The notes under the pieces are model-generated. The model did no database searches, had not been told where the DNA came from, and saw nothing but the letters and a program-made list of their open reading frames with translations. Both the position numbers and the translations under genes were made by a program. From Hyphochytrium catenoides (lineage: Eukaryota > Protista > Hyphochytriomycota), in assembly GCA_900088475.1 (NCBI GenBank), contig FLMG01002176.1, forward strand, positions 1-33,872: 33,872 nt of DNA, given 5' to 3'. This document shows, one piece after another, positions 9,842 through 22,388 of this stretch; position 1 is the first letter of the stretch, and the number at the start of each line of letters is the position of its first letter.

Positions 9842-11289
9842 TCACAAGCGTATTCTGCCTATCGTTTCCTGGCCTTTTCCAGGTTGAACCGCAATCTCCA
9901 AAATCTTGGCAGCCACCGCGTCTGGTGGATAGAGCTCTCCTGCCTTGTGCATCTCGATGAAGCGGTTGTACGCGGAGAAGTGGGAGCTAGAGTTCTGTCT
10001 GATGGCCTCTGTAGTGGCATCATAGAAAGAAGAGTTAGATCCCTCGGGCGGATTGTAACAAATTGGGGAACGTTGCAAAGTATAGTGTTGAAAATGGTGT
10101 GTCAGAGATAAGAGCATCATCATTGGACTTACCTTGCATCTCTGTATCTACGACTCCTGGGGCTATCGAATACACTCTTGTCCTCGTATCACCGGCTTGC
10201 TTGATTTCTGCTTCCAGCACCTGAGGAAGCATTCGTTTAGCACCGCATATACTGCTTTGGGATATAGCACAGACGGCGTGACGTAAGGAGCTTACAAGGT
10301 CTATAATAGAAAATAAGCAACACAAAGTAATTCGATGGGCGTCAGGAGATTGAGACGAGAGGAAAGGGCATTGAAAGCTGACGCTTCCCTAATTTTTTTA
10401 CCCTGATCATCATCTCAGTGGACGCCTTTGTCGAGCAATACAGTCCCCATGTATCATATGGAGAAGTGGCGGCACCTGAAGAGATGTTGATAATTACTCT
10501 CTCCACAGCTGCCATTTGATTGGCGGCCTTTAGCTTGGCCGAGCTTCCTCCATACAGATTGAGGAAGTTATTGACCAGGATTTGAGGGGAAAGAGCGTTG
10601 ACCAAAATATTGTTCTTGAGCTCCTCATTAGCTAGGTCTCCGTACGGTTCCATGGGATCGAGGACGCCGGCGTTAAGAATGAGAACAACCCGCTTCGTAT
10701 CATGAGGCAACTCCTTCTATAGAAAAGAAAGCAAGCGTCACAATAGTCTCTTCCAACAATCCTCCCGCCCATAATATCCGACAGGTGTGACTGAGCGTAA
10801 GGTGGTAAGGAAAAGAGAGAGCACTCTCTTGTAGGTAGCAGTGCAATCTTTCAGAATGACTAAGGTACTGACCTCAAAGGGAAAGCGCTCCACATCTGCA
10901 ATGTTAGCTAGATCTACTTTATGATCGATATAGGTGGAAGATCGTTCCTCAGGGAGACCGCGCCTAATGCGTAAAGACATTAGTCTATGAGACAGTATCC
11001 GCGATGCGAATGTCGTTGCTATGTATCGGTACCTGGAGATACCATGAACCTTAAGCGCACCACTCTGCACTGCGAGATGCGTCAAGTGCTTTCCTATCCC
11101 ACGCGAGGCGCCAGTAATGAAAAAGACAGAGTCTGCGCAGGAGGCAAGGCGCGCAGAAGCCATGATGTCGCTTCTAGTCCTTCCTCGTGGGACTAGTGCC
11201 GATACAACGCAAATGCTGTGTAGGGCCAGCGTTGAGCAAACAACAACAAGGAGGAGGTGAAATGACGAGGGTGGTGATGAGAGAAGCAT
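9842..11289 (-). CDS. Short-chain dehydrogenase/reductase, sepiapterin/benzil reductase (YueD)-like, 5 exons
   Basis: Exons 11289 (or 11163)-11033, 10963-10873, 10716-10402, 10220-10133 and 10008-9842 join in frame. Motifs TGASRGIG, LNAG, NISSGAA, YCSTK (YxxxK) and APGVVDTEMQ. Confidence 0.92.
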
Positions 11290-12061
11290 CAGCGAAAAGA
11301 CTTAAAGTAGCGCCTGCAGATGGACTTTGCATCCGGAGGAGTTATTGAGATTTTGGACGTCTTCTGAGATCCCTGACGGAGCCTTTCAGATATGCATCAA
11401 AAGCTCCCGCAGATGTCCTGACCCTGATGGACTGATGGATTAATTCCTCAAGAATCAGTAAATTCAGTAATCCATCACGTGATCTACGCTGTTAACTGCG
11501 GATCATGACCGTTAGCGGCGGGTAGGTATTTGCATAACCACCTCCGTCCTCCCTCCTCTTTCCTTCAGAAACAGCACCTCAGAACCCTATCACGCCTCAA
11601 TCATTGACTATTTGAAATATGCTCTGCGAATCTCGGCGATCGCCACCTGAAAAAGCTATCAAATCCGGGATTATCGCGTTGCAACCTTTTCGTGTTGCAA
11701 CCTTTCTGAAGATTCTTCACCACTTCTGTCTCCTCTGTCAGAACCTCAGAATGATTGCGCATCATCAACCTCCCGGCCAAAGCGCTAGGAACTGCATAAA
11801 CAGCATCAACGTCTCCATGCCCAAACATCACTTAGCATCATCTCTTTGTCAGCCTCAAAGATCCCTTTTCGAGCGATCTACTCTACAATCTGCTGCCTAC
11901 GCTAGCGCAGTGCTTTGCTGTGGCTTCCCTATGCCTTCTCCCAAGCCTTAATCTGCGACTTGCTGCTTTCTCTTTCTCCCCCTAGTCAGCCGACTGTGGC
12001 TAGAAGGGAGATAGTTCTGAGGAAGCGAAAGGGACGAGCTCTACATCTCGGGTGAAGCACA

Positions 12062-13006
12062 ATGAAAGCTCTTCGGAGGTCTATTGGCTCTCTCCTCTTT
12101 CTAGTCGTAGTCTTTTTGCAACAACACCACGCTGCAGCTGATTGCTCTGCCTGTGACCCAAAGAACGGCGGCCACTGCGAGAGTGCTTGGCGGGGCCAGC
12201 CGGGCCAGTTCTGTGGCCATTGGCGAGACTGGGGCCAGACATTGCCCTGTTGCTGCCCCCTAAATGCAGAATGTGCGGTCACGACCAATCACTGTGGGTA
12301 AGGCAATTTTGCGCTCAAGCCCCTTACTTCACCCCTGCTGATCTGCCAACCGCAAGGGCTATTCCTCTACATGACAGTCAAATCTTCTTAACGTGTTCCG
12401 TCTTCACTTCTTGCTGAAGAGTATGCGAACAAGAGCTCCTTTCTCTATTTCTTCCACTCACTGCTTCTAAACATCGTCAAATTTTATAGCTGCAGAAGAA
12501 TAAGCTATGTGCACAAGCCAGGAAGGCAAATACATAGGCATGAGGAGGGGTCCCTGTTCTCCTCTCCTCTCTTTTGGGTTTTCCTCCTCCTGGCGCTCAG
12601 TTGTTGCTGTTGCGGGGGGAGGTTGTGCTCTCGAGAGACAGGCGAGCCAGTCTACCGACCTGTGACCCAATATTATGCCACGGGGACCTCTCCTCCTTTA
12701 GCTACCTCGTCATCAGCCTATCAGTATGGAGAAGCCCCTACCGGCTATCCCATACAACCCTCTGCTCCTCTTTATTCTCCGGGAGGAGGAGGATCAGGAA
12801 GAGGATACACAGGGGGAGAGGTACTAGGCGCAGGTGCTGCAGGCCTGGCCACTGGTGCTCTCTTGGGGAGCCTGTTTTCAAGCAACAGAGGAGAGAGACA
12901 AAGGGAAGATGAGGAGTCATACTACTTTGAGGGTGATGCCACAGGAGGTGGTGGAGCTGTTGGTGGTGATGGAGTGGTGGTCGAAGAGTTTGAAGGAGAC
13001 TTCTAG
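12062..13006 (+). CDS. Cys-rich type I membrane protein of unknown function, 2 exons
   Basis: Exons 12062-12297 and 12490-13006 join in frame across a GT-AG intron. Signal peptide, Cys-rich ectodomain (CSAC..C..C..CCC..C..CGC), TM helix followed by SCCCC, Pro/Tyr-rich tail, GAGAAGLATGALLG motif and C-terminal FEGDF. Confidence 0.85.
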
Positions 13007-13241
13007 GTGTCCCACCTCCTGGGTCCTGGACTCAGCTCCACAGCTTTGTGGAAAGTAGGAGGCACTCCTCTTTTAATTTATAGGGATGACAGATAGTGGA
13101 AGGCTTACTTATTAGCAGGTGACGATAAAAGTTCAGACTGTATGGAGATAAGAACGGGGGAAAGGGTGCATCTAGCGTATGCGTCGATATAGCCTATATC
13201 TCCCTTTTGCGGATGCACAGTTCATCGTGAATGATGAAGTT

Positions 13242-16200
13242 TCAGTTAGCCATGCCTCTGACTCTCCCTGTCTCTTCTTCCTGCTGCGCTGCAAATTGGT
13301 TGAACACTTGCTCGAGGGAGACCTGGCTCACAGAGTATTCAGGCATATCAACCGTCTGCTTCATGCGCTGTAAAGGATATTGGAGGCCATGTTAGACTTC
13401 TGTCGAGACGACGTTGCAAGTTCAGAAAGGTTCGAATAAAGCAGCTTACTATCAAGATCCAAAAACTACATCTAGCAAGGAGTGAAGGTCATGCCAGAAA
13501 AGGTCGGCGAAGTAGCAGGAGCTGAAGCATATACGGCACGTTACGCGGTGTCAGAGATGTAGCGAAGAGCACTGGCAAGAGCGGTGACAGTGCTACACTT
13601 GGAGTGGAAATGAACAGAAAATGCCATACTGACCTCTAGAGCCTCAAAAATCTCTGAAAGTCTCTGTTCTCCTTTGTCTACTCTCCATCTGCTCTTCAAA
13701 TCATGGCGTTCAAGAAGTTTTACCCCCGTAAAGTTCCGCTCCAGGAGGTTCCTTAGTGTCTCGAAGTGCTCCTGAAGCAGCCACCAGTTTGCGAATAGAG
13801 AACAGGAGACTTTGCCATCCTTATTGAGTGCAGTCTCAATCTGCCAGCCCTCTTCATGCAGTCGCTTCTCTCTTTCAGTGTTGTCAAGAGAGGCACATAC
13901 AGCCGATATGTCGTCCTTCTTTAGATCTTCTTTACCGATTTTCTTCATCAACCCCTCTAGCTCCTCCTTGGGTGGATCTCTGCCCTTAATCTCAAGCATT
14001 AGACCTTGGCCGAACCGATCCTTCAAGTGTTGGATGCTTCCAAGACAGCGGAGACGCCCACCGACCATAATGCCCACAGAGTTGCAAAGCGCCTCACATC
14101 TAGGTGAGAGAGAGAGAAAACATTGGATGCTATGGTCAGACTACATCAGAGACCAGACTTTGGAAATCAGGCCTTGGAAGAGGTAAAGAAAGTAACCGTG
14201 ACATCGCAGAGAGACATTCAAAGCTGGTTACAGTACACTTACTCCTCCATTGAGTGTGTCGTGAGGATGACTGTGCTCTCCCGATCAACCGTGGACACTC
14301 TAGCGATAACGCTCCACATAAACCTTCTAGCGACAGGATCCATGCCTGTCGAGGGCTCATCCAAGAAGAGAACAGGGGGTGAGCCGATGAGAGCGATGCC
14401 CACCGAGAGCTTTCTCTTGTTGCCTCCTGAGAGAGTGTGCGCGAGCTTATGCTCAAAGTCTACAAGGTCCATGGCCTGCATCGTCTCCGCCACGACCATG
14501 GGGATCTGGCCTGAAGGAACGCCTCTGATCGCTGCGAAGAGCTCTAGGTGCTCTCGGACGCTGAGAAGGTCGAGCAGCGCATCAAACTGTGGGCAATACC
14601 CTACAAGGCGGCGCACCAGTATTTGCTCTGAGACAATGGAGCGGCCATCAATGAAGCCGCGACCTTGAGAGGGAATCTCATCGCCAGTCATGATCTTCAT
14701 GGTAGTAGACTATACAGAGAGCGAGAAGGAAGGTCAATACAGGCTTTTTATTCAGACAGGCCATGCGGGAAGATCAGCCAGTAAAGGAAGTTCATAAACC
14801 ACCTTCAAGTAGGAGCAGACGCTAGACTTCTGAAGACAGAAAGAAGGAAGAAGAGATCAAGAGAGATAGACGACAGAGGGCTGACGGCAAGAAGGCGTAT
14901 CGAAGTAAGCTCAGCAAGAGGCTGAGTATATCAGCTTAACGTAGACCTCTTGTGCCGCAATAGGAATAGGCAGCCTGACAGTTAAGGGCGAAGGATTAAC
15001 CTTAGCATACCTTGCCCGCCCCATTGATTCCTAAGAACCCGAAGCACGCGCCTGCAGGCAGACCGAACCAGAGATCCTTCACAGCAACCTTGCCTGTCCT
15101 ATACACCTTTCTTATGCCCTCGACACGGAGGAGATCTCCCGCCGCTTTCCCGTCCTGAATCCGCTTCTTCTCTTTCAAGACGTCCTCATCCTCCTCGAAG
15201 GGCTTGTCTTGTACCACTGGATCCCGAAGGAAGGGGATCCATGCGCGAGCTGACTCTTGGCATAAGATATAGTCGATAAGAATAGTGAGAAGGAGGTACA
15301 CCCAAGGCGTGACAGCCATATAAGTAATCCCAGCACCGGCCAGCTCCCAGTCGAAGGCGCTCCTGGTATTCCCAGCGTTGGAAAGGGCAGATCTTAGGTT
15401 CCCAACCACCATGTTGATGAGACCCTAAAGAGGATGTAGTCAGTGCGTGAAGAAAGAAGCTTTTGAGGGTGTTGGAGAAAAGGCAGAACTGAACGAGACG
15501 CAAGGGGAGATACCGGGATCATTTGCGGCGTGGGAAAGGGAGAGAGGTTAAGGACTATGAGATGGTCCTCATTCAGCGAGGGAATCAATCTATGGAGGAA
15601 GGAGTAAGATGAGGCTATTCTAACGCCCATCCCGCCGGTCTATGTTGGGTTTATCTCTTTCTGTTCTCTACAGGTGTAGTCCTCTTAACTCACCTCGCCC
15701 AACGCATATGTCGGTAGTAGCCTTAGGAAGTGTTTGAGCGAGGCACTGATGTCCTTCACACTGGCTATGTTGTCCATGACCGAAGTCGCGATAATGCCTC
15801 CGAGGCCCGTGATGAACGCAATAAAGAGCGCCACGTATTGCGCTACCGTATGCGTCGAGAAGAGGAAAGAGAATAGGAAAGTGATGGGCACTATGGAGAG
15901 CCCAAAGGTAAAAAAAAGCAGAGCAGTGGCGCCGAAAGGGTCGGACGCGCACTGGGAATTGCAAGTGCAGAATGGATGGAGAAAAAATGGGGAGTGAAGG
16001 TTAGAACGGGCGTGGGGATGAGCTTAGAATAAGAGATTAGGTGTAAAAGAGAAGGAAGACCGCTAAGCGTTGAAGGACAAAAGGTGCTGAGAAGCAGAGT
16101 CGGCTGTACAGCCAAAGATGGAGAAGGGCTGGGCAGTCGTTGCATCTCGCCCCAGGGGGAGGCAGGAGAAATAGGAGACCAAAGCAATTCACACTTCATC

Positions 16201-19200
16201 ATTACCTGTCCTGTGCAGTTGATCCCTGTGAACGCACTTATCTTGAACGCTTGGAGGAGAACCAAAGCGGCAATGAAGGTTACGAGGTAAACAGTGAAGT
16301 CCCATAAGAAGTTGGCAATCCAGTAAGCGGACAGAGAAGCGCCGCTGACCATCTGCAGATGCTTGGAGTTATGCGTGTTCTCCTTCTCCTTCACAACCAG
16401 CGTGATAATGTTGGCAGGGATGAAAGAAATCGCGATAAGAATGAAGGTAGAAGCAGTGAAGGCTAAGACCGTGGTAAAGACAGCCGATGTTTGCTGGGTA
16501 AGCGGGAGAGGATGTGAAGAGACAGAGATAGATGCATCTTTATCCCCTGTGGTCCAGCTGTATAAAGCGCTATGCAGAAGGTTATGGAAGAGGGGCGCTC
16601 CAAGCAGTGCTGAAGAGTTGACTCCAATAGTGGCTGAGATAGAATTGTTTGCCTCATCTAGGTGGAACACATAGGTACCGTACTGGGACAGAGAAAGAGA
16701 CGATGCGGCCTCAAAAGAGGCGTTCGACGCCTGCAAGGCCATTGCCTGATCCCCTGAAAGGGCAGAAAGATTGTAGGAAAGATCGAAGTACGAGACAGCC
16801 TGCGAGTTTGGAGGTGGAGTGAGAGTGAGCGCTTTAAAAGACACTCCTGCGCTGGATGGGAAGCTGTCACGAAGTGGGGAGCACATGCCGTTGTCTTTGT
16901 CCTCTCTGCCATGGCATATGTACGACATACGCAGCTCCACTTGCTCCGCTGGTCGACTTCTACCACGCATTGCGAAGAGAGAGGAGTCCAGCACTACCCT
17001 TGGTCCTGGCTTTCCTCTATTTGAGGAGATCAGGATGAGAAAGCCGAGTAGAAGCATAAGAAGAGGCATCAGAGTGCTGCAGCAGAGACTCTGGCTGTCT
17101 CTCTTAGCATAGCGAAGTCTTTTGAGAAAGAGAGCGCGAAGATGAGTGAGGAAAAGAGAGCGGGTGCCGACGTCTTTGACACGGAATGTGGACTTCTTCA
17201 TGGGTTCCATAGAAGGGAATGACGAGGTAGGAGACGATCCTGAAGCCGGTACTTTGTCTGGTTTCTGTGTGTTTTCATGAGTTTTCTCTGACACCTTAAT
17301 GAAGACTTCCTCCATCGTCGTCTGCAGGTGATTCGTCGGTCAGAAACAGATCTCAACAATATCTGTAAGTTGGCACACCGTAAGACTAGAGCGCTAACAG
17401 GTAGCAGACCGGGGAACAAGCGAAGGAGGAGGAATAGGTGAAGGAGGACAGAGGGCCTTACCACACTGATGCCATAAGATAGCAGGCCTAGCTCTGCCGA
17501 TCTATTGTCAAACTCCTTAAACATGGCTGGGAAGTTGCTGTTGGCATCCAAAGGAAGCTGGAAAGCGACCTCAGAACCAACCTCGCTGAGCTTCCTGGCG
17601 CTAGGAATGTGTTGACTGATAAGCGTCTGAAGAGCTGACGCGGCGCTCGCGGTTGCTTCCCTTCCCCCTGCTTCTCTCTTCACTACGGTGAGGTTATAGC
17701 CCACACCAAAGCGATGCTTGAGAAAGAGCGAGGATCCGCAACACTTGAGCTCTCCTCCAGACATAATAGCAATCCGGTCACCTAGAAGATCGGCCTCATC
17801 CTATGAATGGAGGAGCCGAAGTGTCAGAATGCCTAACTATCAGACTAGCGTAAAGATAAAAAGAAGCAAAAACTGCCATAACATTTCGCTGGACAAGCTA
17901 GAGGAAGATGCAAAGGAGAGTCAGCGGCAGATCGGAGTAGAGAAGGCTCGCTAGGTCTACCATGAAATGGGTGGTTAATATAATGACTCTGCCCTCGCGG
18001 TTGTTCTTAATCACATCCCAGGTGCTGCGTCGTGAATAAGGATCCATGCCGCTGGAGTGCGAAAGAGAAGAAAGAGAGGCAGAAAGGCAGCCGGTGTCAG
18101 GAGAAGAGGGAGTTCAGAAATAAGAAACAGTATTAGAAGCTGGAACTACGGAGCTGTCGTAGAGGTTGACAGAAGCCAAATGATCCGACTCCTCTCTCGT
18201 GGGAACGGACATGAGATCCTTTAGGCAGACATCGAGGCGAACGCCCGTACAAAAGGCATGGCGAAAGAAGCAGAGGGCTCACCTGGTCGGTTCATCGAGA
18301 AAGACGAGCTTGCTATCGCCAATGAGCGCAATGGCGAGAGACAGCTTTCTTTTCATTCCTCCTGACAGCTGCGAGGACTTCACCGTTCGCTTCTCAGTCA
18401 AACCTACCTCCGCAATCTAAGGTTGAGAAGAGAGAGAGGAGGCTTATGGTTAGCAGGAGGGAGCCAACAGGATGATAAGGCGAAGAAAGGCGGACTTCTA
18501 TGCAGGACCTGCAAGTCTTGGAGACATTTGCCGGCTTACAGGTCAAGTTAGAGGCATTTGTTGGCTTACCTTCTTCGTGCACTCGTCCATTAGCTCTTGG
18601 CCTTTGAGTCCTTTAATACTGCCGAAGAGTCTCAAATGCTCGATGACCGTGAGATCTTCATAAAGCACATCGTGCTGGGGGCAAACGCCCATGGACTTCC
18701 GGATAGTCAGAAGATTCTCAGAGAGAGAGAGGCCACGGAAGTATGCATCGCCCTTTGTGGGGTCCAAGAGACCGCAAAGGATGGAGATTGTAGTTGTCTT
18801 TCCTGAGAAAGGATGCCCGTAAACAGTGCGAAGGCAAGGCATGATAGTAAGCAGAGACCACAGAGCAGAAGACAAGAACGTAAGAAAAAGAAGAGCCGCG
18901 ACATGACTTGTATGATTTGTGCTTTCTACGAAGAAGAGAGAGCAAGCCGCGACAAGTGCATGAAGGAAGCCAAGAGTAAGTCTCACCTGCGCCATTGTGC
19001 CCCAGAAGACAGGTGATCTGGTTCTCATATAGGTTGAGATCTAAGTTCTTCAGCGCTACCTTAGGCCCCACTGGTGTCTTGAAGACTTTCTGCAGTCCCA
19101 CCACTCGCAGTGCTCTCCCGTCAAGCTCCTGTGCCTCCAACTCCTTAGAGACAGGCTCGAAGTCCTTCCCGGCTTGTTTTGATTCTTTGGGAGCCACAGA

Positions 19201-22200
19201 AGGCTTCTTACGCTGCGTCTTGAGGCCCCAGTACCGTGGAGAGAAGCAGAAGCACCACCCTTGACGGACACCCCACTCCTTTGGAAGTGTCTGCCCGAAG
19301 AAGAAGAACAAAACGTTAGAGCTGTTACCAGGCAAAGGTAGACAGCCCTCTCTCGCCTGCTTCTAGCTCGATCTCTTCCCACAAAATCTCTCAACCCCAC
19401 CCTGTGCATGGCTTTGATTCCTTCTTCTCTCGTTCCTCTCAGCCTTTCATGTAGGGTGCACGGGACGTTACCTGGTCAAAGTATGCTCCCAAAAGCGTAT
19501 AAAAGACAAAGTCAAAGACCATCAGACCAATAACGGCGCCAAAGGAGAAGTTGTTCACCACTGCAGAAGCCGTTAGAGGCGTCTCAGTGGTGGCGAAGGC
19601 GGAGAGCACGGAGATGCCCTGGGCTAACGCCACAGGAGGAAGAATAGAGGTGAGAGCCTTGGATCCGGGGCTGCTCGTGGGATCAGAAGAGGCGTTGTAG
19701 ACCATGTACGAAAGGAAGAAGAGAACCACTCCTGCAGAGGAGAAGAGACGATCGTAAGGAGATAACCACTAACTGCTCTTAAGGAGATTGAAAGTTTGGC
19801 GTTCAAAATGAAGTAGTTGCTGCTTTCAGAGGCAGTGACTATGATGTGAAGACAGGACGAGGAACATGGATATACCACAAACAGAGTAAGAGAATGCTTA
19901 TGTCTGATTGTGTGTGCGAGAGAGAGAGACAGAAGAGAGACAGAGAGTAAGAGAGACGAAGGTAGGGAAGCAAAAGGAAGCAAGGAACCGATAACTATGG
20001 AAGCAGCCTCACGAAGCCAACGCCAGTGCTAGGAGTAATGCTCAACGCACCTACAACGGCCCCGGTTTTGGCCTTGGAGAACATTGTGCTCAGAAAGAAG
20101 CAAAATGCAATGACATCCAAACCGAAGAAGAAGTAAAGGCAAAAGAGGCCGCCAAAGCTTGCTGATGGGAAGACATTCACCAGCGAGACGCCTGCCATCA
20201 TCAGAGAGGAGATGAGGAACAGGACAGCGTAGGTGATGTACCAGCTGACAATGATCCCGGAGTCACTGACACCCATAATCTTTGTCAGCTCTCGGAACTT
20301 GAGCTCCTTTTCACGGATGAAGGCCACAAGAATCCTGGAGACGCTATACAGATAGGCCAGGACAAAGGCAAGGGGAAAGACAGTCGCAGCCAGTGTATAG
20401 AACTGAGAGCTGCGGTAGCTCGCCGTCGGAAAGTTATAGAAGCTGTTGGACGCCGGTAACTGCTGATAAGGAAGAGAAAACGCCTCAATCGCCGCGTTAT
20501 CAATGAGGGAAAAGGGATCAACGTTTGTCCCTAGCCTTTTCAGCAGGAGGAACAAGGGCTTGAGGTAGGAGCGCATGATAGGATCCGTCAGGAGCTTATC
20601 GGTAACGAATGCACGTTTATCTTGGATGGTGGTTGTCTAAGGATACAGAGCGCAGAGGCAAACAAACAAAACTTACTTTTTGATATGGAGACGAAGCTCA
20701 ATAGGGCGACGAGAAGGTAAAGGACACAAGGCAGCGAAAGGTAAGCGACAGGATTCATGAGTCAGAAAGTGGACACTCAGCTTTAAATGCAAGGGAAGTA
20801 GGCTAACGAGTAGTCTTTCTATCACTTACCGCCTTAGCATTAGAACATGTCACTTTCCTCGCCTGAAGATCCTCAGTCTTAGGGTTACAGAGGATAAACT
20901 TGTTCACCATCGTCTGCAGGGTGACATGCCCGCCGGCCACCGCTTGCAACATCGGGTAGGAGTTCACTCCCTTCGTCACCTTGTCCACCGCAGCCTTCAA
21001 AGTATCGAAAGCTCCTCCAAAGATCGGAGAGGTAGGTAGCTCCCTGCTGAATCTTGTAGAGTTTAGGCGAACGCCGTACTCCCACTTCCCCACCTTCCCA
21101 ACCGTAGGGGCCGAGTAAAACTCTATCGCGGCAAAGATGCGAGGGCTCTCTGGGCCGCTTCCATAGCTCGGGCTAGCAATATACTCATCTAGGCTCTGGG
21201 TGGAGGGGAAGTGTATGAAGAACTGTTTGACTCCACTGACCGTGAAGTTTAAGGCGGGGATGGCAATGTTAGGGTGCCAGAGGCTGACTGTCTGGTTGAA
21301 ATAATCGAAGAAGTCTTTGTTGGAAGCCACCACGGCAATGAGACTGGGTGGCAGCGGACAGCCAGTCGGAGGTGGATTGATCTATCATAGGCATAGCGAT
21401 CAATGTGTTAGACTCTGCAATGGAGTAAGCGTGACGGACTTCGGTTTTAAGAAGAGGATGCCAAGAGACGGAGTAAAGGTAAGAAGAGGAAGCCGAAGAA
21501 AGGGAGAGACTTTATAGGTGAGAAAAGGAGAGAGAGAGAGAGAGAGGGAAAGAGAGAAAGAGTACAGCACAGGAGTGGGAGGAGAGTTAACCGCCGCACC
21601 TCCCCAGTAAGAAAGCCTGCACAAAGTTTCTTATGCTCTTCAGAGACGTTGAATAGTGGGACGCGAGAGAGAGCGAAAAGGAACCCCGACATGGATGGTT
21701 CTCTCTCATAGTACTTTCCCACATCATAAAAGGTATCAGGCAAGAAGGCAGGGAAGACTCCCCGTACATTGTAAGGTGCTGTCAGGGAAGAGAGTGGAAA
21801 GAAGGAAGACGCGGTCAGCGAGAGACAGAGAGGGGAGGGAGCGAGACAGAGAGAGGGGAAAGAGAAAGAAAAAGAGAGGGAGAAAGGAGAGAGAGAAAAG
21901 AGAGAGAGAGAGAAGAGTTGCGGAGGGAGGGTGCACAACAAAAGCAAGAGAAGGAGATCGGCGGTTGATGGGCTAGAGTTCAGTACTCGGCCCAGATAGA
22001 GCTTCCGCAACAGATATTGCGCAGCAAACTTGACGATCAGAGCTAAAAGCTGCTTTGTGGTTCTTAGACGAAGGCTCCTACCGTCCAAGGAATATCTAGA
22101 ACCCTGAGTACAGTCATCAGCAGGGATTTCTGGTGGACAACTGGGCGTGTCTGAGGACCATCCAGCTGGCACGTCGACTGTGGCGAGCTCAGACTAGCAA

Positions 22201-22388
22201 CGTTTATGGTGAGTCAGACTGAACGACATCCTCAAGACGAGACGCGTGTGCGGGCCTACCTTGAGATAGGAGAAGAGCAATATAAAAAGAAGCGGCAGCA
22301 CTAGCTCGACAATCAACCCGAAAGGATGACGGACTTTCAGTAGGGCATTCTTCCAGCAAAGCGTCGCAATATGTCGCCCGCTTTTCAT
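13242..22388 (-). CDS. Full-length ABC transporter, subfamily A (ABCA), ~17 exons
   Basis: N-terminus [21 protein letters not shown]1 has GHNGAG|[13 protein letters not shown] and LDEPT; NBD2 has GINGAGK|[12 protein letters not shown] and LDEPSTG. TMD motifs EKELKFRE and [12 protein letters not shown]; C-terminus [12 protein letters not shown]. Sixteen GT-AG introns give a continuous frame. Confidence 0.96.

Noticed and set aside
14123-14668. 181-aa + strand ORF and similar shadow ORFs (24282-24767, 8753-9238)
   Set aside because: These are antisense shadows of real exons of the ABCA, TPP1-like and NOX genes.
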